From Candidatus Saccharimonadota bacterium (GTDB taxonomy: Bacteria > Patescibacteriota > Patescibacteriia > 2-12-FULL-60-25): a stretch of DNA of 32,000 nucleotides. The position numbers and the translations under genes are program-made. Numbering within the stretch: position 1 is the stretch's first letter; each line of letters begins with the position of its first letter. The notes under the pieces were generated by a model. That model did not search any database. It saw only the letters and a list, made by a program, of their open reading frames with translations, and was not told where the DNA came from. This document shows, one piece after another, positions 7,958-17,600 of the stretch. The stretch is from contig CP064964.1 of assembly GCA_016699205.1 (NCBI GenBank), forward strand, positions 300,001-332,000. The letters are read 5' to 3'.

Positions 7958-9409
7958 CTACATCATCTTCTTGCGGATGAAAGCCGGGATTTCCAATTCA
8001 TCATCCTCGCTGGCTGCTTTTTTAGGCGCCGGAGCTGACTGAGGCGCTTGTACCGGACGCGGATTCATCGGCGCGTAAACCGGTTGGCTTACATGCGGCT
8101 GCTGGGCAGCAGGAGCTGGGGCCGGAGCCATCTGGCGTGGCGCTGGTGCTGGTGCCGGGGCCGGAGCTTCTTCTGCGATTTCCGGCTGTCGCTGCGCCTC
8201 TGCTTCATTTGGCTGATTACCAAATGAGTTCAGCATGTTGGAGAAGAATCCTCCGCCCTGCTGATTTGCGGCTGGGCGCGGATTCTGGATCGGCATGCGG
8301 TTCAATGGCTCCGCTGGAGGCGCTTCATTAACGTAAGAGCGCGGCTGTTGCTGCGACATCGGCGCTGGGTTCGGTTTGGCCGGAGCGGGCGCTTGAGCTG
8401 GGGCCGGCGTTGGAGCAGGAGCGAAATTTACTTTGGCTGGTTTGGCAGAAACGGAATTCTTTTCAAAGCCAGTGGCGATGACCGTAATCTTGATTTCATC
8501 CTTCATGCTCTCATCAAGAATCGTGCCCCAGATCATGGCGACATTTGGATCTGCGGCCTGGCTGATAATCTTGGCCGCCTCCGTAACATCCTGCATTGCG
8601 AGGTTGGAACCGCCGGTGACAATGAAGAGCACGGCTTTGGCGCCGTCCATCGAGACTTCAAGAAGCGGCGATGCGACAGCAGCTTTGGCGGCGTCGATCG
8701 CGCGGTTATCGCCATGTCCGCGACCAATACCCATGAGAGCGGAGCCGCGACCAGCCATGACAGTGCGCACGTCGGCAAAGTCGACGTTAATCAAACCTGG
8801 AACGGTGATCGCCTCGGAAATACCCTGAACACCTTGACGAAGAACGTCGTCGACGGTTTCAAAGGCTTCAACCAAAGAAGTCTTCCGGTCGATGATCTGC
8901 AAAATGCGATCGTTCGGAATCGTAATGATGGCATCGACTTGTCCGACGAGTTTTTCAAAACCTTGCTCCGCAATTGCGCGGCGCTGAGCACCTTCAAAAG
9001 CAAATGGCTTGGTAACAACAGCAACCGTGAGCGCGCCTACTTCTTTTGCGATCGCGGCAACAACAGGGCCTGCGCCTGTTCCGGTTCCGCCTCCAAGTCC
9101 GCAAGTTACAAAAACCATGTCCGTGCCTTTGAGAAGCTCGCGAATTTCATCCGCGCTCTCCTCTGCGGCACGCTGCCCGACTTCGGGGTTCATGCCTGCC
9201 CCCAAACCGCGCGTGACCGTTTTACCAAGATGTACTTTTAACGTTGCTTGTGATTTGTGGAGTGCTTGAACATCCGTATTCATGGCGACAAACTCGACGC
9301 CGCGAATTTTGGAAGCGATCATGCGATCGACAGAAGAACCACCAGAGCCACCGACTCCGATGACTTTGATCTTCGCAAATGTTTCGATATCAGGTTTGAC
9401 TTCAGCCAT
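7958..9409 (-). CDS. ftsZ: cell division GTPase FtsZ with a long Pro/Ala-rich C-terminal linker
   Basis: GVGGSGGSSV, NTDVQAL and GGGTGTGAGPVVA tubulin signature. C-terminal conserved peptide DDELEIPAFIRKK. About 150 aa of PAPAPA/Q-rich linker lies between core and tail. Confidence 0.97.
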   Translation of the reverse strand: MAEVKPDIETFAKIKVIGVGGSGGSSVDRMIASKIRGVEFVAMNTDVQALHKSQATLKVHLGKTVTRGLGAGMNPEVGQRAAEESADEIRELLKGTDMVFVTCGLGGGTGTGAGPVVAAIAKEVGALTVAVVTKPFAFEGAQRRAIAEQGFEKLVGQVDAIITIPNDRILQIIDRKTSLVEAFETVDDVLRQGVQGISEAITVPGLINVDFADVRTVMAGRGSALMGIGRGHGDNRAIDAAKAAVASPLLEVSMDGAKAVLFIVTGGSNLAMQDVTEAAKIISQAADPNVAMIWGTILDESMKDEIKITVIATGFEKNSVSAKPAKVNFAPAPTPAPAQAPAPAKPNPAPMSQQQPRSYVNEAPPAEPLNRMPIQNPRPAANQQGGGFFSNMLNSFGNQPNEAEAQRQPEIAEEAPAPAPAPAPRQMAPAPAPAAQQPHVSQPVYAPMNPRPVQAPQSAPAPKKAASEDDELEIPAFIRKKMM

Positions 9410-9526
9410 ATATTTGAGTACATCGATGGTTCAATTTCCTCTACGTTGACACAAAAAATGTTCTTTACCCGATGACAATACGCTCTATGCATCATGAGGG
9501 CAAACCATTGTGTCAAGACTCCATAA

Positions 9527-9576
9527 TCACGCAACATAATCATCAGCCGCAAAAGACTGGGCATTATGATGCGTGA
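9527..9576 (-). promoter_or_regulatory. imperfect inverted repeat in the ftsA-ftsZ spacer
   Basis: Plus-strand arms TCACGCAACATAAT (9527-9540) and ATTATGATGCGTGA (9563-9576): 13 of 14 positions complementary, 22-nt loop. No U-tract follows on the transcribed strand, so it is not a classical terminator. Confidence 0.35.
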
Positions 9577-9600
9577 CTATGCTGCGTGACCATAGCCTCC

Positions 9601-10866
9601 CTACGGGATGAACGATTTGAAAATCTTCTTGAGAGGATTGGTTGCTTTCTTCAGCCATTGATCTCCCGCTTGCAAGCCACCCATGCGTCCGGAGCCTGCC
9701 GGGTCTCGCTCGTCTTCAAATCCGTATAAAAGCAAACCGATCGCTGTTGAAAAAGCCGGGTCATGCAACACCTCGCCGAGCGGCGATGAGATCTGTGGAG
9801 CCGGCGACAATGAAGCCGGTAGGCGCAGTGTCGTACGGGCCATCTCAACCATACCGCGGAGCTTGGAGCCGCCGCCGGTCAGAATCGCGCCAGCTGGAAG
9901 CAAACCTGAGCGCTCAATTTTACGAAGTTCTGCTTCTACTTTTTCAAATAATTCTTCTACACGAGCCTGTGCAATTTCCGACATGAAGCGCGGGCTTACC
10001 AATTCTGCTTCTGCAGCGCCGATCTCGCGGAGATCGACCATGTCATATTGATTTACCCCTTCTGGAATAGCGCTTACAAAAGAACGCTTAGCTGCTTCCG
10101 CGACATCAAGCGATGTACGCAAACCAATAGCAATATCGTTTGTAATATGATCTGCGCCGATTGGGATAACGGAAGCGTGGAGTAGTTCACCGTCCTCAAA
10201 AACAGCTACCGATGTCGTGGATGCACCGATGTTTACGAGAACAACACCTAGCTCGCGCTGACGCGAGGTCACGACAGCATCAGCGGCGGCGAGCGGCGAA
10301 AAAACAAGGCCGCTTACATCGACATTGGTGCGCATGACGGCTTGCGTCAGGTTTTTGACATGGCTTGATAGCCCCTGGATCAAACAGACTTCTGCTTCCA
10401 GACGCACGCCTTGCATGCCGACCGGGTTGCGGACCCCTGGCTGATCATCGACCGTAAAGCGTTGAGGGATACGATGAAGTATTTCAAAATTAGCCGGGTT
10501 CGCATTGGCTGATGCCATGTCGAGCACGCGTGCCTGGTCCTCTTCACGAATCTCAGAATCTGGTCGTGAAACACCAACAACGCCTTTAACTGTCTTCGCA
10601 TGAACATGAACTCCCCCGATTCCGATATAGGCATCGTTGATCGGAACGCCGATTTGGCGCTCGACGCGATCGAGACAGGCGGAAACGGCGGCGGTTGCAT
10701 CGTCCAAAGATTTGATAGCGCCTTTGGAGATACCGGCGGATGGAACTTCTACCGCACCAATCAAATTGATCGTCTCGCGCTTATCCTGACCAACAACAAC
10801 TTGGCCAACCGCCAAACGAATGGCGGAGCTTCCTAGGTCGATGCCGGCGAGAATGCGGTCCTTCAT
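9601..10866 (-). CDS. ftsA: cell division protein FtsA
   Basis: Actin-fold phosphate-1 motif GIDLGSSAIRLAV, DITNDIA-type and GGGSKLRG motifs, and a C-terminal amphipathic helix (LKKIFKSFIP). ATGA overlap with dgkA. Confidence 0.93.
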   Translation of the reverse strand: MKDRILAGIDLGSSAIRLAVGQVVVGQDKRETINLIGAVEVPSAGISKGAIKSLDDATAAVSACLDRVERQIGVPINDAYIGIGGVHVHAKTVKGVVGVSRPDSEIREEDQARVLDMASANANPANFEILHRIPQRFTVDDQPGVRNPVGMQGVRLEAEVCLIQGLSSHVKNLTQAVMRTNVDVSGLVFSPLAAADAVVTSRQRELGVVLVNIGASTTSVAVFEDGELLHASVIPIGADHITNDIAIGLRTSLDVAEAAKRSFVSAIPEGVNQYDMVDLREIGAAEAELVSPRFMSEIAQARVEELFEKVEAELRKIERSGLLPAGAILTGGGSKLRGMVEMARTTLRLPASLSPAPQISSPLGEVLHDPAFSTAIGLLLYGFEDERDPAGSGRMGGLQAGDQWLKKATNPLKKIFKSFIP

Positions 10867-11237
10867 AAGCGCATGGCGATATCAGCGAGTTTTGGACCAA
10901 GAATCAACAAACCAAGGACCAGGGCAAACATGGCGGCCAAGAGCACGCTTCCGGCCATCAAATCTTTGATGTCACCGGCATATTCATGCAACCGAGGTTT
11001 TGCGAGATCAACAAGACGCTCCAAGCTACTGTTGAGCAATTCTAGCACCAGGACGAACATCGTCACAAGCAAAAGAATTGCTCGTTCCCAAAGGTCAAGC
11101 GGAAGAACGAATAAGACCACCATAACCACAAAAGCAGCTACGACCTGGAGTCGAAAACTGCGCTCGCTACGGAAAGCGAGGGCGAGGCCACGGAAGGCAT
11201 GGCCAAAACTACGGGCCAAAGACTTTAAGGCGCTCAT
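10863..11237 (-). CDS. dgkA: diacylglycerol kinase / undecaprenol kinase (DgkA family)
   Basis: 124 aa with three TM helices. Motifs FRSERSFR, LELLNSSLERLVD and IKDLMAGSVLLAA are typical of prokaryotic DAGK. Confidence 0.9.
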   Translation of the reverse strand: MSALKSLARSFGHAFRGLALAFRSERSFRLQVVAAFVVMVVLFVLPLDLWERAILLLVTMFVLVLELLNSSLERLVDLAKPRLHEYAGDIKDLMAGSVLLAAMFALVLGLLILGPKLADIAMRL

Positions 11238-11683
11238 ACGGATATGATTGCGTCCACGACGCGCTCTTGCAAGCCAAACATTTTTTCCTCTTCTTTGGCT
11301 GTTGCATGGTCAAATCCTGACAAATGCAAAACTCCGTGAGCGATTAAACGCAGCAGCTCTTCACGAAGCGTCATTCCGCGGCGAGCGGCTTCGCGTTTTG
11401 CATACGGAACACACACGACGATGTCGCCGAGGTAGTGCTCCGTTTTCAGGTGTCGGTTTTCAGTAGGGGCAGGGGCTGGGGAAAACGAAAGAACATCCGT
11501 CGGCTTATTCATGTGACGGAATGTTTTGTTTAATTTTTGCATCGCCAATTCCGTGACGAACGACAAGCTTGCCACTTTTTTGGAACGCGTACGCAAAACA
11601 CGCGCGAGTTCTTTTTCTAATTTGCGCATGTCTGCCGGTTTCAACATAGCCGGTAAACGATTGGCGAGTTCGATAACGATCAT
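11234..11683 (-). CDS. ybeY: rRNA maturation endoribonuclease YbeY
   Basis: Zinc motif HGVLHLSGFDH (Hx3Hx5H). Size is 149 aa. ATGA overlaps on both sides. Confidence 0.93.
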   Translation of the reverse strand: MIVIELANRLPAMLKPADMRKLEKELARVLRTRSKKVASLSFVTELAMQKLNKTFRHMNKPTDVLSFSPAPAPTENRHLKTEHYLGDIVVCVPYAKREAARRGMTLREELLRLIAHGVLHLSGFDHATAKEEEKMFGLQERVVDAIISV

Positions 11684-13002
11684 GGCGTCTGGGTCGTCGA
11701 AGTTGCCGACGAGGTTGTTGAAATAAAGTCACCTGGTCCTTGAAGTGCCGCGTTTACGATTTCCGGACTTAAAACCGGAGCACCGCTTAAGCGCAAGGAG
11801 TTCAGCATCATTTCAAAACTCGTTCGGAAGTTGATGAAAGGTTTGGTGCCGTTATCGTAGACGATCTTGAAGACTTTTCCGTCCCAGGCAAAGAACGCAT
11901 CGAGACGATCTGCGCCAAGCAAACCTTCCAAACCTCCCTTTGTCGTAATCGCGCGCGGACCCGTGGATGGAACACCCGGATTGGCCGCCAAATACCATTC
12001 AAGCAGCGATTGACCCTGAGCATTGTCGACAAGCTCGATGCGATACGTTTCACCTTGACCGGAGCGAACCGTTGCCCTGGATCCGTCCGTTGCATCGAGA
12101 CTTGAGGTCCAACCCTTTGGTACAAAGATCGACCAGCCAGCTGGAGAAACGAATGGCGTCACGAGGCCGGAGTCGACCAAACGGACAGGGGCGGTGGCAC
12201 CTGGGTTATAGAGATGAAACACTTCGTTACCATCGAGGAAGCCGTCGCGGTCGGTGTCTGGAACGCGTGAGTCGGTGCCGAAGACCGTTTCTTCAATATC
12301 AGACAAACCATCCGAGTCGGAATCGAGGCCGCCAGGCGGCAAGCTTGGCACAACCGGGGCAGGGATCGTGGAGGCAACATCGACATTTGCTTCGTTTGAT
12401 GGCGATGACTCTCCGCCTGCGCCGATCGCGATCACACGATAGGAATAGGATCGACCAGCTTGAACGCTTACGTCGAGGAAGCTCGTGCTATTAGAAGGAA
12501 GGTTGGTGACCGGAACATAGGTAGCAGCTGTTTCTCGGCGCTCTAATCGATAGCCCGTCTCATCGCCAGCTGTATCAATCCATGCCAAGGCCACGGCGGT
12601 TGTGCCGCTAGCGATCGACGCTGTGAGGTTAGAGGCGGCGTTAGGAGGCGTACGAACGACCACCGGAGGTGTAACAACTGGCTGTGTGGGCGGCTTGAAC
12701 AACAGGTCGCGGTTGAACCAGACAAAGCCGCCTACAACCAAGAGCAAAAGGATGATGATGAGTACAACAAAAGGCCAGATCGGGCGCTTTGGCAGCGGAC
12801 CAGGCATCGGGGCTTTGGCAGGCGGTGGAACAACCGGTTTTGGTAGGGCCGACTTTTCCATCTCGGCTTGCGTCTTTCCCTCCATCTTCAAAGCCATGCC
12901 ATAGTATTTTTCTGGCATCACGACAATCTCCGGTCCTGCATTAGCAGGACCGGATGTTGGCGGCTGTTGAGCGGGAGCGCCTGGAGGCGGAGGGGGCAAC
13001 AT
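11680..13002 (-). CDS. single-pass membrane protein: Pro-rich N-tail, FN3 domain, thrombospondin-type-3 repeats, unassigned C-domain
   Basis: MLPPPPPGAP... tail. TM helix WPFVVLIIILLLLVVGGFVWF. FN3 pattern (ALAWIDTAGDETGYRLERR...SYSYRVIAIGAGGESSPSN). TSP3 DxDxDG repeats (DSDSDGLSD...DTDRDGFLDGNE). Confidence 0.75.
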   Translation of the reverse strand: MLPPPPPGAPAQQPPTSGPANAGPEIVVMPEKYYGMALKMEGKTQAEMEKSALPKPVVPPPAKAPMPGPLPKRPIWPFVVLIIILLLLVVGGFVWFNRDLLFKPPTQPVVTPPVVVRTPPNAASNLTASIASGTTAVALAWIDTAGDETGYRLERRETAATYVPVTNLPSNSTSFLDVSVQAGRSYSYRVIAIGAGGESSPSNEANVDVASTIPAPVVPSLPPGGLDSDSDGLSDIEETVFGTDSRVPDTDRDGFLDGNEVFHLYNPGATAPVRLVDSGLVTPFVSPAGWSIFVPKGWTSSLDATDGSRATVRSGQGETYRIELVDNAQGQSLLEWYLAANPGVPSTGPRAITTKGGLEGLLGADRLDAFFAWDGKVFKIVYDNGTKPFINFRTSFEMMLNSLRLSGAPVLSPEIVNAALQGPGDFISTTSSATSTTQTP

Positions 13003-13005
13003 AGT

Positions 13006-13854
13006 TTAGAGTGTGCAGTCAGGCTTGGAGCATTTACCTTCTCCACGAGGATTGTAGCCGTTCTTGATTTCTGCTCCGTCATCGTAGGTATCGCGGTCGG
13101 TGTCGCGGTTTAGAGGATTCGTGCCATACTTCATGACCTCATCGCCATCACTCGCTCCGTCTACATCTGAATCTGGTTTTGCCGGATCGAGACCAAGCTC
13201 GGTTTCACGACGATCGGATAATCCGTCTCCATCCGCATCAGCTTCTGCCTGCATCGTGGTTGTGGGAACTTCATCGACTGGCGGCGGATCATTGGTAACA
13301 CTGGTCGGAAGAGGGATACTGACGCCGTCTGGAGGAGTTGTGACTGGAGGAAGGATCGGCGTTGGTTCAGGTGTTGGTGTTACGGCTGGCGCAGATGCAG
13401 GTGCGGAAGGAACCGGCGTAGGTGTTGTTGGCTGTGGCGTCGGCGTTGTCGTTGTTGATGGTCGTGTTGGCGGCGTGATCACGGGCGGAGTTACCGGCGT
13501 ACGAATCACGAACCACCAAAAGGCGAATCCCGCACCAGCGACAACAAGCAGAACAACGACGATGATTGCAAAAATTCTTCCGTAAGAAACATGGTGGACG
13601 ATCTCTGGCGCAAGCGGTGCTGACGGACGTGCGCCCATACCAGAACTACCCGGCTTCTCCATGTTGGAGAAAATATCCTCTGGCTCTGCTACGCCCGGCT
13701 TGGGCGCAGGTACTGGAGCAGGAGCGGAAGGCACAATTGGCGGTGCTAAAGGCGGAGCCGTGGGCGGTGTTGGCGGGGGCGGCGGAACAGAAGAGCTAGC
13801 CCGAGCCGGAGGAGGCGTCAGCGGTTCAAATGGAAGATTTGCAGGAGGGTTCAT
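13006..13854 (-). CDS. single-pass membrane protein with Pro-rich tail, Pro/Thr linker and TSP3 calcium-binding repeats
   Basis: About 95 aa of Pro-rich N-terminus. TM helix IFAIIVVVLLVVAGAGFAFWWFVI. PT-rich stalk. DADGDGLSD, DSDVDGASDGDE and DTDRDTYDDGAE repeats. C-terminal NGYNPRGEGKCSKPDC. Confidence 0.75.
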   Translation of the reverse strand: MNPPANLPFEPLTPPPARASSSVPPPPPTPPTAPPLAPPIVPSAPAPVPAPKPGVAEPEDIFSNMEKPGSSGMGARPSAPLAPEIVHHVSYGRIFAIIVVVLLVVAGAGFAFWWFVIRTPVTPPVITPPTRPSTTTTPTPQPTTPTPVPSAPASAPAVTPTPEPTPILPPVTTPPDGVSIPLPTSVTNDPPPVDEVPTTTMQAEADADGDGLSDRRETELGLDPAKPDSDVDGASDGDEVMKYGTNPLNRDTDRDTYDDGAEIKNGYNPRGEGKCSKPDCTL

Positions 13855-13885
13855 AGGGCAGGTGTCAGTGATCGGTGGTCAGGGA

Positions 13886-14626
13886 TCAGGGAATACATGT
13901 CTCGCGAGCGCAGCGGCCTGGACCAAGCGGATTATACCCTGATTGTACCTCGCTACCGTCTTTAAAGGTGTCATTGTCACTGTCGGCACGGAGCGGGTCG
14001 GTTTTATAGGTTTCAACTTCTTGGCGATCCGTGAGTCCGTCTCCATCCGTATCAGCATTGTTTGGATCCGTACCGACATTTCTTTCCTGTTCTATCGTGA
14101 GGCCATCGCCGTCGGCGTCGGGACTTGGAGTTGCTGCCGCTGGCGCCTCGGGCTGAGACGGTGTTGTTGGCGAGGAGGTCACGGATCTCGTTGATGAGAC
14201 CGTAGAGAGACGGCGATTCGTTTCTTCAATTCTCTTTTCCACCGCCCCTGCATCCGCCTGCGTTGGATTTGATTTAAGAACGTTTACTTCTTCCGCGTCA
14301 TTATACCCGTCGCCATCCGTATCCCCTTCTGCCGGGTTAGATCCAAGCTGCGCTTCTTGATCATCGCTCAAGCCGTCACCGTCGGTATCTTTTGGCATTG
14401 CTGCTATGCGCTCAAGCTCCTGTTCTGCCAACCGCGAACGCTCTGCATTCATTTGACCATTTCCAACCGGTACGAGGACCGCAGGACCAGAAGGCGTGTT
14501 GATCGTCGTGATCGGCTGCAGATCCGCGGTAGCTCGGATGCGAAGAAGCACGACAAGAATAATAAGACCGACAACGGCTATGCCGCTGAGGATCGAACCG
14601 ATAATAATGAGTTGTTTTCGTTCCAT
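13886..14626 (-). CDS. single-pass membrane protein with two blocks of TSP3 calcium-binding repeats
   Basis: N-terminal TM helix LIIIGSILSGIAVVGLIILVVLL. DTDGDGLSDDQE, DTDGDGYNDAEE, DADGDGLTIEQE, DTDGDGLTDRQE and DSDNDTFKDGSE repeats. C-terminal SGYNPLGPGRCARETC. Confidence 0.75.
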   Translation of the reverse strand: MERKQLIIIGSILSGIAVVGLIILVVLLRIRATADLQPITTINTPSGPAVLVPVGNGQMNAERSRLAEQELERIAAMPKDTDGDGLSDDQEAQLGSNPAEGDTDGDGYNDAEEVNVLKSNPTQADAGAVEKRIEETNRRLSTVSSTRSVTSSPTTPSQPEAPAAATPSPDADGDGLTIEQERNVGTDPNNADTDGDGLTDRQEVETYKTDPLRADSDNDTFKDGSEVQSGYNPLGPGRCARETCIP

Positions 14627-14629
14627 ACA

Positions 14630-17600
14630 TTAGGATCCTGGGCTTTGAACCGGGCCAGGCAATGGTACGCCTTCCCCTGGGAAGGTGTCTCCGTATTGAT
14701 GAGAACCATTACACAGCAGCAAGCCTCTGCCAGCGCCAGGGATCGTGATAGCTCCGCTACCGGCCTCCTGTGAGAACACGTGCCAATATTTACCCTTGCG
14801 GTCCAGCGGCTCATCCGAACATCCGGCATCGGTCGGAACACTTGTCGGAGGCTTCACAACGAAAAGGCGATCTTCCGTTACGATGCGCACCGTCGTCGAG
14901 ACACTCTCAAAATATTGGTAGGAAGGAATGCTGGGCGTGATGGTCGGGGACCAATCGACCAAATAATATCCGTAGCGGCCGGTTAGCGCCCAAGTTCCAC
15001 GTTTGTACTTAATGGTTTGAGGAGAGACATCAAAGCTGCCGCAGCCTACTGATCCATCACTGTGGAAACAGGCGAGGAAGCCATGTGGGTTTGCGCCATC
15101 AATATCCGGATTTCCTGGGCCGCCATAGTAGATGTCGCGCGTTGGTGCCATCGCCGTAGGCAATGTCACATGCGCATCGGTGAATCCGCCTGGCGGCAAT
15201 TCACCGTTCCATGTCTGGATGACGAGCGTCTCATCGCGGCCAACGCGGGGGGCGAGATAGATTTTGCCCTCCGTGTCATTGATACCGCGCGACAAGAAGT
15301 TATTATATCCGAATGTCTGCGACTCAAATGGCCAGTAACCGCCGTTACGAGCCTCATCTGGAGCTGTCAAACCTGAGGGCCAAATCTGACCTCTACACTC
15401 TGGGCGACCTGATGCATTACCCGTACACGGATTATCCTGATAGTAGTCGACGACGATGCGGTACTGAGAACAGGCTGCGACACGGTTGATGTTGTTGAAT
15501 CTGAATGTTCCGTCTGAGCCTGTATAGGTCTCACCGATGCGAACGCCTCGGCTGTAGAGCGTTACGCGAGCGTTTGGAACTGGCTGGTTGGAGTAGATGG
15601 CGTCGAAAACTTGGGCCGTAATTTCGCCGTCACCCTCTTCCTCGCTGCATCGAGCACAACCGTTGAATCCACAACCCGTATTACAACTTACTTGATCACC
15701 TCGCGGATCATGAGGTGTTGCGCACAAGGTGCCTGGAGCACAAGTGCTCGCGTTAGGCATACAAGCCGCTTCTGCGCCGATCGCAGGGAGCGCAGCGCGC
15801 GTCAAGCTTCCCGGAACCGATTCCGTATCCGTTGTGATGCTGAATCGACACAAACCGATATCAGAGATAGAGGTGGCATTACGGTTTACGCAGACAATTT
15901 CACCCGTTCGCGTGTCTCGAATATACGGATAGTGCGCGCAAGAGACCTCTCTCGCATAGTCGTAGCCGAGCTCGCGACAAGAAGGCGTCGGATCATTTGT
16001 CGTTGCCGGGTCTCCATCAAAGTCTGTGCGATCACACTGTTCAGGACCTTCTTTTACGGCGTTACCGCAGAATCCACCGGAACTAGCAACTTGGCGGCAC
16101 GTTGCGGAACAAGAGAGACAGGTCGATCCGTAGTCGGCATCACATGAGAGCGTGCCGTTTCTTGGGCCATTATCACATTCTTCTGTTCCAACGTTTACAA
16201 AGTTGTCGCCGCAGATATTGCGCTTACACAAGCTCGTGCAAGAATCGGTGTTGTTGCGGTTACCATCATCACACTCCTCTGCCGGATCGACGCGGCCATC
16301 GCCACAGGAACCGATTGGCTGACATGCTGACCAGTCATTGAATGAACAGGCATCGGCTAGAGTGGTATCACTCTTACAGGAACGGACGCGCTGTGTTGGG
16401 TATTGAATACAGGACCCTTCATCGCGTGTCGGAACGGTGAGGAGACAGTCAGCGTTGGTCGTACAGCTGTCGTCGAGCAAGCTATTTCCATTCATGTCGT
16501 TGGAACAAAGTCCAAGTGTTCCGGTACAGGCAAGCAACGCTCCAGCACCAGAGCCGCCACAAGTGAAGCCGGCGCCACAGTCGGCGTTGGTGTCACATGG
16601 CGAGAAGCGATTTGGTCCGTCGATACAGAGGGCTTTATTGGAAGCCTGTGTGTTTCCATCACACTGTTCATTTGGAGCGGTGATCGAGCCATCGCCACAG
16701 TAGGGAGCTGGTCCGCGGCAGTCGATGCTGCACGTTGAAGCCGGCGAACAGGTTCCAGGGGCACAGTACTGGCCGTTGGAAGCACCTTGATCGCAGGATT
16801 CGCCTGGCGAGAGACGACCATCACCGCAGTAGGCATCAAAGCCGGTACAGGTGCGGTTGCAGCGGCCGTAGGTTCCGTTCAAAGCTCCATCGTCACAGGT
16901 TTCTGGGACAGCGAGCGCCGTACAAACGATACTGGAAGATGCGGCATCGCGAGGATCGCGACACTCCTCTGCTGAACCCGGCGTGTTACAAGCTTGGCCA
17001 TAGCGGAAGCCGGCGCCACCCAAACACTGGTTGCGGTCGAGACGGCCGTTTCCACAGAGCGCGTTGGCGACACAGATACTTGAAGGCGAGTCGACGAAAG
17101 ACGTACAGCGATCACAGACTTGGAGCTTGGTTCCGCTTGGAACAGCGGCTGTGGAACAAGCGGCCGGGCGCGTATCGCCTACTTCACAAATTTCACCAGG
17201 ACCGATGACGCCGTTACCACAGATGGAATCGTTGCCGAATGAGCTGCCGTCACACAATCCGCCATATCTCCAGCTACCGCCTGTTGCGACACAGCTACCC
17301 GTTGAAAGCGGAGGGCCGCCAGGACCTGGGACCGTACAGTCGGAATCGACATTACAAACGGAATCGATGTTGGTACAGCGGCGGATTTCCGAAAGAAGGC
17401 GCGGTCGATAGCGGTCAGCAGACGGACCCTCCAATTCCGTGGAAAGCTCATAGCGCTGACCAGCGTTCAATGCGCGGTATTGATAGATGCGGGATACCGA
17501 GTGCTGGTTCAGATCTCCATACAAGGAGCACCGCCCGTTGCACAAATACCACAAGTTAAGAAACGGTTGACCGGATCTGCCGGAGGCGTTGTACCAAGCT

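Noticed and set aside
7990-8460. CRISPR-like or tandem DNA repeats in the GC-rich periodic stretches (ftsZ PAPAPA region; also 23924-23997)
   Set aside because: The periodicity is codon-level (Pro-Ala and Gly runs) with mixed synonymous codons, inside clear coding frames. There is no repeat-spacer architecture.
8348-9241. 297-aa plus-strand ORF
   Set aside because: It lies entirely antisense to the unambiguous ftsZ gene. The translation is Arg/Gly/Cys-rich and low in complexity, which is typical of a shadow ORF in GC-rich coding DNA.
9440-9520. NrdR box in the ftsA-ftsZ spacer
   Set aside because: ACACAAAAAATGTT lacks the palindromic ACAC...GTGT ends of the NrdR-box consensus, and there is no tandem second box.
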